DNA from: an uncultured Clostridia bacterium
Lineage (GTDB): Bacteria; Bacillota; Clostridia; TANB77; CAG-508
Assembly: GCA_904419495.1 (NCBI GenBank)
Contig: CAJFRV010000002.1
Span: forward strand, 27,245-91,244
Direction of reading: 5' to 3'
Length of the DNA: 64,000 nucleotides
The notes below the pieces were generated by a model. It did no database searches and had not been told where the DNA came from. It saw only the letters and a program-made list of their open reading frames with translations. A program made the translations under genes and the position numbers. Positions 27,381-36,672 of this stretch are shown here, in pieces; position 1 is the stretch's first letter; each line of letters opens with the position of its first letter.

Positions 27381-30300
27381 TTATTTGTTTAGTACTTTTT
27401 TCTTAATGAATACAATACCTGTTCCTATGATAACACATGCTGCTATACCAATGACTATTGGAATTATATAATTTAAGTTTTCACCTGTATTTGGTGTGAT
27501 AATAACTGTTTCTGCCATATCATCATCTGGTTCTACTGATGGTCCTGTACTTGGAATATAATTTCCCGGTGTTGATGTTAAGTCAGATCCACCTGTTTTA
27601 TCAACTTTTACAATTTCTGTCTCATTATTTAATTCAATGTCTTCTGATGCAGATAATAATTTTGAAACATTTAGCATAACTGTTGCATTTTGTGTAGGCT
27701 CTAAATTGTATCTACTTAAAGATTCTGTATATAATATTGTCTTTTCATTTATTGTAGAATTTTCATCATTATATACTACCTCTGCTAAATCGAGTCTACC
27801 ATCATCACTTTGTATTACTTCCCAATCTGGGTTATCTGTTGTACTAAAGCTCCAATCATTATCTAAGTAATCTACAATTGCTGATGGTGTGATAGTAACA
27901 ACACTACCTTCTATAATTCCATATTTATAATAGTTTTCAGATAAATAATCTAATTCACTATTATTATCTGTCCTGATTTCATAACTAATTTCTAGTCTTG
28001 CACCTTCAATTAACTCACTATCCATCTCTAATCTAATTAATCCATTTTGTGGTGATGAATTTTCTGAAGGTGGAATATATGTTATACTTGAAGTTTGTCC
28101 TTCTAATGTACCATCTTCTTTTACTTCGAAGTTTGTTAATACTATACCATTTGCTAAAGTAACCTTCATTGTTTTTACACGTTTATTTAAGGTTAAATCT
28201 TGTCTTGCTCTTTCTACAATACCAAAATCAATATTCTCAATTCTATATACATATCTATCTCCTGCTGATGCTGTATAGGTTGTTTCATATTCTACACCAA
28301 TTCCCATTGTTGGCGTTGTTGAATCCATTTTATCAATTGTTGTCTGTGTAGAATTTGTAATTTGTTTTAATTCATTATCAATATCTAATCTTGTTTGATA
28401 ATCATCTACTGCATCAGTCCATCTTGTATCTATGTCTGTTTTATACCATTCTTTATTTGCCATATTGGTATCATATCTGTCTTTACCATATACAGTTCCT
28501 TTATAATTTTGTACAGTATATGTTGTATCTCCCCAAGTATAAGTTATTGTATAATCTCCCGGTATAAAATCTGAAATATAGAAATCTCCATTTTCATCTG
28601 TTGTTGCTGTATATACTTTTCCACTTCCCGTGTTCTCCTTAAGAGTTACTGTAACACCTTGTATTCCTGTCTCTCCATCTTCATAAGCTCCACTACCTTG
28701 TCTAATTTGTCCTGTTAATAACTCTCCTGACGTAGAATCTAGGAATACTTTACCGGCTATTTCTCTTGCGTCAGCTACTTCTAATTTTAATGATGGGCTT
28801 GAATCTGTGTCATCTTCATATGTTGCTCTGTCCCCCGGTACTGCATTTCCCGGATTTGAATCCACATCTACACCTGCATAAGCATTTCCATTTTCATCAA
28901 ATGTTGAATATGAATTAATTTCTACAACATTGTCTAAGTTTTCTCCATCATTTAATATATTGATGACTGCTTCTCTACTTAATTCAAATTGCACATAAAT
29001 TTCAGTTTGTGTTTGTGCCTCTATTTTTGAATTTGTATAAATAATTGCTTTTGAATATGCATCATTATAACCTTCTTGTGCATAATCTATATTTCCTGTA
29101 ATCATACCTTCTTGATTAATTCCTGTTCCCACTGCTGTCATTGTATATCTACTATCAAAATAATCTACTAAATTATTTACTTGTGATGTTAAACTTGTTG
29201 ATTCATTTCTTACTGCAATTTTATATGTTATATATACTTTTAATTCTTTGCTCTTATCTTGTTCATTGATATATTCATAATCTGCTTTGTAAATTGCTCT
29301 TGTATAAGTTTGACTTGCATATTCACTTCCAAATTTAACACCTACATTAAATCCATCTCCATATTCTCCTTGATTTTGGAATCTTTGGTCATATTCATAT
29401 ATATGTTGATATCCATTAATAGCAAGTCTTACATTTTTCATATCTTTAATCAATGCTAAATCTGGTTGTTCTCTTTCATATAATCCTAAGTTGATATATG
29501 GTATTTCTTCCATTCCATATTCAAATTGGTCTTTTATGCTATAACCAGTTTCATCTGTATTTGCCGTTATTGGGTATTGACCAACTGGTAATCCTTCATT
29601 AACTAATGTTGAGGTATGTTGTTCTCTATCTTTTAAATATGTTAATTCGTGTACTCTATTTCCATTTTCATCTAAAGTAATACCTGTTGTTTCAGAAGTT
29701 CCTTCTATTGTGCTAAAATCTTTATTAAATTCACTTCTTGTTTCAGGATTTTCTGCTGCCTTAGAACCATTATCTACATCTATATGTGGAACAACATTTG
29801 TATAAGTTAGTCCATCATATTTAAATTCCATATAATAGTTTTGTAAATCTTCTATTCTAACATTTACAAATTGATAATATCTTAAGATTCCATCTCCTAA
29901 TTGAATTTCTTTTGTTTTAGCTCTAAATTCATTTCCGTCGTCATCTTTTACAACTTCTCCTGTTCTTCTATCAATTAGTCTAACAACAACATCTTCCATT
30001 AATATGTCTTCTGAATCATAATCATTATCTCTATATAAATCATTTCTCTCAGATTGTTTTGCATATTGTTTGTCTAGCCATACATATCCAGAAAGTTTTA
30101 CATAAACTTGTGTATTTTCTATCACAAATTCTTCTGTCTTATCTATTACAACAGTTCCTTCTATGCCTTCTGATATAATCTCATATCCATAATTTGGATT
30201 TTTAGTTTCATATGCTACATATGTACCTACAACTAAATTTTCAATAAAAATTTCACCATTTTCATCAGTAACAAATTCTGTTGCTTGGTTTTCTTCTACA

Positions 30301-31328
30301 TAAGTAATAGTTCCATCTGCTGCTTTATGTACATATTTTCCAGTATCTTTATTTTGAATTTTAAATCCAACACCTTGTAATTTGATTTCATGATTATCTT
30401 TATTTACTTTGATAACTTTTAAATTTCCTAGTAAATCTATATCATATTCAAAAGGTGTTTCATATTCATATGGTGTATCATATGGTTCTCTATATATCAT
30501 ATTCTGATAGTTGTACCCGCTTTGTGATTCTAAAAACCAAATTGTTACACCTTTTACAGATACACTTCCTTTGGCTGTAATTGTTGTTATTTTGTTAATT
30601 CCACTGCTAATTGGTATAGCTATATAGAAATCTTTTCCTGACTTTATGTCCCCAATACCAATTTCACTTTCTGTTGTCCCATTATATGTAGTAAATTTTA
30701 ATCCACTTACCAAATCTCCATTTTGATTTTTTACACCGATTTCACTTAAAGTTCCTGAAAAGTACCAATTAAATGGTCCTACTTTTATATAATTTCCATC
30801 AGATTTCACACTTAAATTTTCTTTTTTCGTATTATCTGATATTCCAAGATTTGCTACTTCATTTGCGTAATCAGATGATTGAGAATCTAAATAAGAATTA
30901 CTTCCAGACACATTGCTTGCAAATCCATCATATAAACCTGCATGATATTGACCTACATTTTTCATCCATGTATGCATATAATTCCATATAGCATTTTGCA
31001 CTGGTCCAGACTGTTTATATGCTCCATTATCTGCTGACAAAATATGTGCTAATTTTGCATTATACCAACTTTCTATACTTTTTCCTGTATGATCTGTTGA
31101 CGTATTTCCTCGTATATCCACTTGAGATATAACTTTATATGTTAATGTTCCACGCATTGACTGATGATGTTCTACACAAAATAGATTTGAATCTTCTAAA
31201 TAATCACTAAATGTTATAGTAACATCTTGTCCTACAGTATATGATGCTGCTTTTGATATATTGGTATATCCTATAACTGCTATTATTATCATTATTAGAG
31301 TAACTAGCATTTTTTTCATTTTATTCAT
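27381..31328 (-). CDS. Giant surface adhesin B1 with an N-terminal thioester (TQxA-type) domain, a SpaA/Cna-B-type domain, SdrD-B-like and DUF11-like domains, and a [ST]xxTG-TM-basic tail
   Basis: 1315 aa with a signal peptide. Cys51 sits in NLFCVEHH, matching [FY]C[ILV][EDQ]. Gln111 sits in GPVQNAIWNY, matching TQxA[IV]W. The Cna-B/SpaA-like block is GNLKVIKVNKDNHEIKLQGVGFKIQNKDTGKYV...LVVGTYVAYETKNPNYGYE. It also has DVDSNPGNAVPGDRATYEDDTDSSP. The C-terminus is VIITPNTGEN + TM + KKKVLNK. An AAGGAGGG RBS lies 18 nt after the A1 stop. Confidence 0.85.
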   Translation of the reverse strand: MNKMKKMLVTLIMIIIAVIGYTNISKAASYTVGQDVTITFSDYLEDSNLFCVEHHQSMRGTLTYKVISQVDIRGNTSTDHTGKSIESWYNAKLAHILSADNGAYKQSGPVQNAIWNYMHTWMKNVGQYHAGLYDGFASNVSGSNSYLDSQSSDYANEVANLGISDNTKKENLSVKSDGNYIKVGPFNWYFSGTLSEIGVKNQNGDLVSGLKFTTYNGTTESEIGIGDIKSGKDFYIAIPISSGINKITTITAKGSVSVKGVTIWFLESQSGYNYQNMIYREPYDTPYEYETPFEYDIDLLGNLKVIKVNKDNHEIKLQGVGFKIQNKDTGKYVHKAADGTITYVEENQATEFVTDENGEIFIENLVVGTYVAYETKNPNYGYEIISEGIEGTVVIDKTEEFVIENTQVYVKLSGYVWLDKQYAKQSERNDLYRDNDYDSEDILMEDVVVRLIDRRTGEVVKDDDGNEFRAKTKEIQLGDGILRYYQFVNVRIEDLQNYYMEFKYDGLTYTNVVPHIDVDNGSKAAENPETRSEFNKDFSTIEGTSETTGITLDENGNRVHELTYLKDREQHTSTLVNEGLPVGQYPITANTDETGYSIKDQFEYGMEEIPYINLGLYEREQPDLALIKDMKNVRLAINGYQHIYEYDQRFQNQGEYGDGFNVGVKFGSEYASQTYTRAIYKADYEYINEQDKSKELKVYITYKIAVRNESTSLTSQVNNLVDYFDSRYTMTAVGTGINQEGMITGNIDYAQEGYNDAYSKAIIYTNSKIEAQTQTEIYVQFELSREAVINILNDGENLDNVVEINSYSTFDENGNAYAGVDVDSNPGNAVPGDRATYEDDTDSSPSLKLEVADAREIAGKVFLDSTSGELLTGQIRQGSGAYEDGETGIQGVTVTLKENTGSGKVYTATTDENGDFYISDFIPGDYTITYTWGDTTYTVQNYKGTVYGKDRYDTNMANKEWYKTDIDTRWTDAVDDYQTRLDIDNELKQITNSTQTTIDKMDSTTPTMGIGVEYETTYTASAGDRYVYRIENIDFGIVERARQDLTLNKRVKTMKVTLANGIVLTNFEVKEDGTLEGQTSSITYIPPSENSSPQNGLIRLEMDSELIEGARLEISYEIRTDNNSELDYLSENYYKYGIIEGSVVTITPSAIVDYLDNDWSFSTTDNPDWEVIQSDDGRLDLAEVVYNDENSTINEKTILYTESLSRYNLEPTQNATVMLNVSKLLSASEDIELNNETEIVKVDKTGGSDLTSTPGNYIPSTGPSVEPDDDMAETVIITPNTGENLNYIIPIVIGIAACVIIGTGIVFIKKKVLNK

Positions 31329-31346
31329 TTCCTATTCCCTCCTTTC

Positions 31347-34300
31347 TTACTGTTCTTCTTTTGAATTTTTTCTTATTACAATGATTCCTGCTGTAATTCC
31401 TGCTACTACAACAATTGCTATAATGATTCCTATTGACATATATACAACTCCACCAGTTCTAATACTAATAATAACATCTGCTGCTCCTGTGTCATTCTCT
31501 CCAGCTACATTATTTCCCGGTGTTGAGTTTTCATCTTCAAATCCTAAATTATTATAGTCTTCATAAATTTCTGCATTATTTCTTGATACAACATTATCTT
31601 CTCCCATTTTCTTGGTTAATGTCAATGTTACGGTTTTTGATTCTCCCGGATTGATAATTTCATTTCCTAATGTTGTTGTATATAAAGAATTACCTTCTTC
31701 ATACCAGTCTTTATTTAATTCTGAACTAAATTCCAAATCACTTGGCATATAGTCTATAATACTTCTAGCATATCCTGCAACTTCTCCTACATTTGTCACC
31801 ACAATGCTATATTCAATAATAACATTTGAACCTTGTATTTGTTTTGCATCCAACTCAATTTTGGCTGTTGTTGTATTATTGTACTCTCTAACTGTTGTTC
31901 CCGCAGAGTTTTGAACTAATATTCTACTAACATATTTATCTAATTTCAAATCAAAATTTTGTAACTCAATCAATCCAATATTAATATCTGATATATTCTC
32001 ATTATCAATACTAATCATATCTGTTGATGCTACCTCTTGTCTTTCATCTCCTATTAGTAATTCATTTAACCTTACATCAGAATTTTCTGCATCGCTAATT
32101 CCTTCTGCTTTATATTTTGTTAATGTATATTGATCTCGATTATATTCAAATATAACAATATATTGTCCATTTGCTATATTATCTAATACATACATTCCAT
32201 TTTCATTTGTTGTCGTTGTTAATAAATCTCCTGAAGTATCTTTTACAAATTGATTTGTATCTACATTTAATAATTTTACAGTTACATTATCTAAAGTATT
32301 TTCTTCCTCGTCTTTCTTACCATTACCATTTGCATCATACCAAGCTAAACCACTAATCATTTGCTCTCCATCTGCGACATTTCCAGTATTATCTCCATTA
32401 TTATCAGTATCTCCGTTATTATCTCCTGAAGTATGATCTTCATCTACAACATCAGCTTCTATAATATGATTTAACTCAGATGTACTTGCAATTTCTTCTC
32501 CATATATGCTAGCAACTGCTCTATTAGTAATCGTTTCTGCTTCTGTTCTACCTTCTGAATAATTAACAACTGTTTCTATTACAATTGTCATAGTTTCATT
32601 TGCTGGTATTTCATTTTGTATTTCTACACTATTTGATGCTACTTGTACTTCTTCTCCATTTTTTGTTACTTTGTTAATTGTTAATTGAGAAGGAATTTCA
32701 TCTCTTATAACAAGTCCTGATGTTTGAGATGTACTGTTATTTCTTACAGTAATTGTATATTGAATCATATCTCCTGATTTTACATATTTGTTTTCTGTAT
32801 TTGTTTGCATTGTCATATCAATGTCAAAACTATTTACTTTATCTGTCCAAGAGTTTGATTGGTATTCTTTTTGTCCATCTGATGAAATTACTGAAAAATC
32901 AATTGTATCTACGGTATTGTCTGGCATCTTATTAATTATCATATTATAACTTAATACCTTTAATTCTCCCGGTGCCAATGTTCCAATATTAATTTCATCA
33001 CTATATTCTATAATTTCTGATTGTGTATCCTCATTAATTGCACTATCATTTCCTTCTTTTACATCTATCGTTTCTCCTGTTGATATTGGATATAATTCAT
33101 CATCATTAACTTCATTTTCACTCATTCCTGAAATTAATGTTAATCTTGCTACATCTAAATTTTCAGATTTATTTGTTTTTACAGTAACATTTTCAATTGT
33201 CTCAGATGATATATTTTTTATAATTGCAAAGTACTCTACCATACCAGCTTCATATAAATCAACTTTTCTGTCTGTTACTCTTTTTACCATTGTTCTTAAA
33301 TTTCCTGACTCTGATAATACTTTTAATTCATTAGTCTCTTGAGTAACATCCAAATAGTTAATTTCAACTGTATTTGCTATTGAAGTATTTTCAGCCGTAT
33401 TTGAACTTACCATAACCTCATATTCAACATATTTTACTTCTCCAACAGCTAAACTATCAATTGTTGCCTCAAATTTATCTGCATCAACACCTTTATAATA
33501 TGAAGCACCTGTATATTCATAATTATCTACTGGTTTTACTAATATAGTTCCTTCTGGTATCATTCCTGTTACTTTTACATTTGTCACATTTTCTGAACCA
33601 ACATTAGATACTTGTATTCTATATTTAATGACTTCACCATTTTTTATTGTATCTAAATTTGTTAATTCTTTACCTGCTAAAGTCGCTGTTAATTTACTTT
33701 CTAATTTTGGTCCAATACCTGTTCCCATCTCAATTGTAGTTGCTTTTACTGTATTTTCATTTTTTGCTTGCCCTTTTGTATATGTAACTTCATATCCTTC
33801 TTTTGCTACTTGATTATATTCTAGATTTTCTGGTATCTCTATCATATATGATCCATTAACAACTGTTCTTGAATCAATTTTGTCCATTACAATTAAATAT
33901 TTCTTTACTGTTTCTGGATTTGATATATTTTGACTCCATCCATTTTCTGTATTATTTATATCTGTTGTTGCATTTTCATTTTCTGTATAATATACTGTAC
34001 CATTATTTACATTAATACCATTTACAACTTTGATATTCATTGTGTTTTGTTCTGTCTTTGTTGGGAATGTTCCCATTACATTAACATTCTCTACATTTTC
34101 TTCATTGTTATTTATAATTTCAAAATCTACTTCAACTTGTCTACTCTCTGCTCCTCTTGCTAAACTTACATTTGCTGTTTCTTCTTCACCTACAGTTTCT
34201 ATATTTAAGGCTTTAATGCTGTTAATTGCTGTTACATCTTTTGGAGCAACAATTTCTAATTCTTTAGAAATTTTTCCTATTTCTTCATTATTTGCATACC

Positions 34301-36275
34301 CATTTGCTTTTTCGTTTGTATATGTCACATAAATATTTTCTGGTTTTGCAATAGATGTTCTATTAACATTTATTGTTGCATTGATAATTATATTTGCACC
34401 TTCTACTGATTGTGCTTTATATGCAGTTTGCTCGCCTTCCATTTGAATGGTTATATATCTACCATCTACTGAATAGTTTGCAATTTTCAATTCCTCTTCA
34501 TATAGTAAATCTATACTGTTAATTTGGATATTTTCTACTTGCTCTGGTAATTCTATTGTAAATGTTGGATTTCTATATAAATCTCTAGATTCCTCATCTG
34601 TTTTTAAAATTAATTTCATTTCTATATCGTTTGCTATAACTGTTGATAACGAACTTCTATTTAATTCTAATTTTGTCTCTGTTACTGACTCATCTAATTG
34701 TATTTTCATTTCTGTTTCGGCTTTTATACCCATTGTATATGTTTGTTCTTTTGCTTCTATATTTTTTTCGTTATAATTATTATATCCATATACAATTTTT
34801 GTAGAAATCATATTTGCTGCTCTTACAACATTTATATCAGAAGACCCTATTGTCTTTGTATGATTAAATTCTAAATTTCCTTCAGCAATTGGTTTAGAAG
34901 TTCTAATTTCTATTCCTTTTGGTTCTCTTCCTGTATAATCAATTACAAAATTTCCATTTTCATCTGTTTCCATATCGTTATTTATTGTAACCAATAGTTG
35001 ATTATTTTCATTATAAATTTCAATTTTTCCTTCTTCGCCAAAAATTTTATCGAAACTTTCTTTATTAATAGTTGTTGTATTATAATATATATTACCTTCT
35101 ATTTCTCCTTCAGGTAATATATATCTACTAGCTTCCTCTTTTATAGATACATATTCTTCGATGTTTGCAAGGTTAACATCTAATGTAGTCTTACTATTAT
35201 ATTTTCTATCTATTCCTGAATATAATTTTCCTTTATAAATATTTTTTTCTGCATTGTTTGCTTTTACTTCTATTGTAGAATCAACCTCTTTATTTGTTAA
35301 TGTGACTGCCCCTACATTCGAATTTAATTCTTTGTCATTATATAAAGTTAATGTTTCTTCAGAAAGGATTTTTACATTTTCTAAATTAACATCTGCATCA
35401 TAAATATATGTTAATATGACATTTTCATTTCCTTGTTTCTTCCATAATATTTGATTATCTTTTGATTTTTCATTTTTTAATGTTATTTCTACATAACCAT
35501 TTTCATATTTATATTCAGATGCTGACATTGTGTTTAAATGAATATCTCTTCTAATTTCTGGTAATTTCCCATCAATCTCTGGAACATTAATTTTAGTATA
35601 AATTTCTTTTACTGGATAATTTTCCTCTTTTAATCCCATATTAAATGATAATTGTAAAACTCTTTTATCTTCTCCAGATATTTTTATAACTTTATTTGTT
35701 ATAATTTGTATACTATTTTCAATATTATCATTTGTATTTGTTTCTACTAATTGCATAGAAACATTTCTTGTAGCTTTTATTTGGATGTCCTTTTCTGTAC
35801 TATCTCTATAAATACCTGTCAATGTTAATTCACTTTCACAATTTAACATATTTAAATCTATTGTTTCATCATTAACTGGTTTTATCTTTACTTCTATCTC
35901 TGCAGAAGTTCCTGCATTTATTTGATTTAAATATATTTTATTATCTGCTACATTACTTACAAAGTCACTTTCTGAACTTACCAGATTGAAATTTGCATTT
36001 GAAAGTGCAACTTCTCCCATAAAGAATCCTTCTTTATTTACATTTACAGATACATATAAAGAAGTTTCCTGCATATCTGCTGTTCTTTCTAGTGTAGTGG
36101 TCTTTTCTCCATCAGCATTTTTAAAATATGCACTAAATTCTATATTTTTATGGTTTGTTGACATATTATCTGATGCATAAGATATAAGACTTGAACCTAA
36201 AAATAAAAAATTAGTCATTGTTAGTGTCATTATTAATATAATAATTACACTCGTTTTTAAGATTTTGTTTCTCAT
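31347..36275 (-). CDS. Giant surface protein A1, paralog of A2: signal peptide, many DUF11/Ig-like repeats, SdrD-B-like domain, terminal DUF11 domain, [ST]xxTG-TM-basic tail
   Basis: 1642 aa. The N-terminus is colinear with A2 (EFSAYFKNADGEK / TFDAYFKTDSGN). DUF11 repeats include GEVIKYRIQVSNVGSENVTNVKVTGMIPEGTILV. It also carries ISGLAWYDANGNGKKDEEEN... and NNAEIYEDYNNLGFEDENSTPGNNVAGENDTGAADVIISIRTGG + TM + RKNSKEEQ. An AGAGGAGG RBS is present. Confidence 0.8.
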   Translation of the reverse strand: MRNKILKTSVIIILIMTLTMTNFLFLGSSLISYASDNMSTNHKNIEFSAYFKNADGEKTTTLERTADMQETSLYVSVNVNKEGFFMGEVALSNANFNLVSSESDFVSNVADNKIYLNQINAGTSAEIEVKIKPVNDETIDLNMLNCESELTLTGIYRDSTEKDIQIKATRNVSMQLVETNTNDNIENSIQIITNKVIKISGEDKRVLQLSFNMGLKEENYPVKEIYTKINVPEIDGKLPEIRRDIHLNTMSASEYKYENGYVEITLKNEKSKDNQILWKKQGNENVILTYIYDADVNLENVKILSEETLTLYNDKELNSNVGAVTLTNKEVDSTIEVKANNAEKNIYKGKLYSGIDRKYNSKTTLDVNLANIEEYVSIKEEASRYILPEGEIEGNIYYNTTTINKESFDKIFGEEGKIEIYNENNQLLVTINNDMETDENGNFVIDYTGREPKGIEIRTSKPIAEGNLEFNHTKTIGSSDINVVRAANMISTKIVYGYNNYNEKNIEAKEQTYTMGIKAETEMKIQLDESVTETKLELNRSSLSTVIANDIEMKLILKTDEESRDLYRNPTFTIELPEQVENIQINSIDLLYEEELKIANYSVDGRYITIQMEGEQTAYKAQSVEGANIIINATINVNRTSIAKPENIYVTYTNEKANGYANNEEIGKISKELEIVAPKDVTAINSIKALNIETVGEEETANVSLARGAESRQVEVDFEIINNNEENVENVNVMGTFPTKTEQNTMNIKVVNGINVNNGTVYYTENENATTDINNTENGWSQNISNPETVKKYLIVMDKIDSRTVVNGSYMIEIPENLEYNQVAKEGYEVTYTKGQAKNENTVKATTIEMGTGIGPKLESKLTATLAGKELTNLDTIKNGEVIKYRIQVSNVGSENVTNVKVTGMIPEGTILVKPVDNYEYTGASYYKGVDADKFEATIDSLAVGEVKYVEYEVMVSSNTAENTSIANTVEINYLDVTQETNELKVLSESGNLRTMVKRVTDRKVDLYEAGMVEYFAIIKNISSETIENVTVKTNKSENLDVARLTLISGMSENEVNDDELYPISTGETIDVKEGNDSAINEDTQSEIIEYSDEINIGTLAPGELKVLSYNMIINKMPDNTVDTIDFSVISSDGQKEYQSNSWTDKVNSFDIDMTMQTNTENKYVKSGDMIQYTITVRNNSTSQTSGLVIRDEIPSQLTINKVTKNGEEVQVASNSVEIQNEIPANETMTIVIETVVNYSEGRTEAETITNRAVASIYGEEIASTSELNHIIEADVVDEDHTSGDNNGDTDNNGDNTGNVADGEQMISGLAWYDANGNGKKDEEENTLDNVTVKLLNVDTNQFVKDTSGDLLTTTTNENGMYVLDNIANGQYIVIFEYNRDQYTLTKYKAEGISDAENSDVRLNELLIGDERQEVASTDMISIDNENISDINIGLIELQNFDLKLDKYVSRILVQNSAGTTVREYNNTTTAKIELDAKQIQGSNVIIEYSIVVTNVGEVAGYARSIIDYMPSDLEFSSELNKDWYEEGNSLYTTTLGNEIINPGESKTVTLTLTKKMGEDNVVSRNNAEIYEDYNNLGFEDENSTPGNNVAGENDTGAADVIISIRTGGVVYMSIGIIIAIVVVAGITAGIIVIRKNSKEEQ

Positions 36276-36358
36276 ATTTGTACCTCCTCTAAAAAACTAA
36301 ATTCTTGTTTTTAATCACAATTTCAGCATTTTAAATTTTACAATCATACCTAATATCA

Positions 36359-36387
36359 ATTATACCTTTTTTTTGTTGATTTTTCAA
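36359..36387 (-). promoter_or_regulatory. Candidate sigma-A promoter of the A1-B1 operon (TTGAAA-17-TATAAT)
   Basis: The minus strand reads TTGAAA (36387-36382), a 17-nt spacer containing a run of 8 A (8 T on the plus strand at 36367-36374), then TATAAT (36364-36359). This lies about 85 nt upstream of the ATG at 36275. AT-rich DNA makes chance matches likely. Confidence 0.45.
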
Positions 36388-36415
36388 GCTTTTCCATGGT
36401 TTTTTTGTGGTTTTT

Positions 36416-36442
36416 TTACATTTTTGTTACAATATAGTTACA
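36416..36442 (-). promoter_or_regulatory. Three TGTAA direct repeats at exact 11-bp phasing upstream of the A1 promoter; candidate response-regulator site
   Basis: The plus strand has TTACA at 36416, 36427 and 36438. The paralogous A2 upstream region keeps two of them (27218, 27229), also 11 bp apart. Confidence 0.3.
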
Positions 36443-36444
36443 AT

Positions 36445-36558
36445 TCAGTATTCCATTAGGCAAATACATGTATAATATATTTTAAGCGAGTTTCGTGGGG
36501 ACCGACACGATACTCGCTTAAAATATATTATACATGTATTAGCCTAATGGAATACTGA
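36445..36558. repeat. 114-nt near-perfect hairpin (46-bp arms with 1 mismatch, 22-nt loop) in the divergent promoter region
   Basis: TCAGTATTCCATTAGGCAAATACATGTATAATATATTTTAAGCGAG (36445-36490) pairs with 36513-36558. The loop TTTCGTGGGGACCGACACGATA has its own CGTG/CACG mini-stem. Confidence 0.9.
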
Positions 36559-36672
36559 GAAGCTCATATTTTTATATTTAATAAATGCTATCTTGTTACA
36601 GTTTTCTAAATCTTGCATATTATATTACATAGAAATTTATATTTTGAATATATATTTTATGAGGTGGTAAAT

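Noticed and set aside
15887-36275. Calling the four-gene cluster a sortase-assembled pilus operon.
   Set aside because: There is no sortase gene and no canonical LPXTG. I could not identify a pilin motif or E-box with confidence. The proteins are 5-10 times larger than typical pilins. They are described instead as giant adhesins with an unknown anchoring route.
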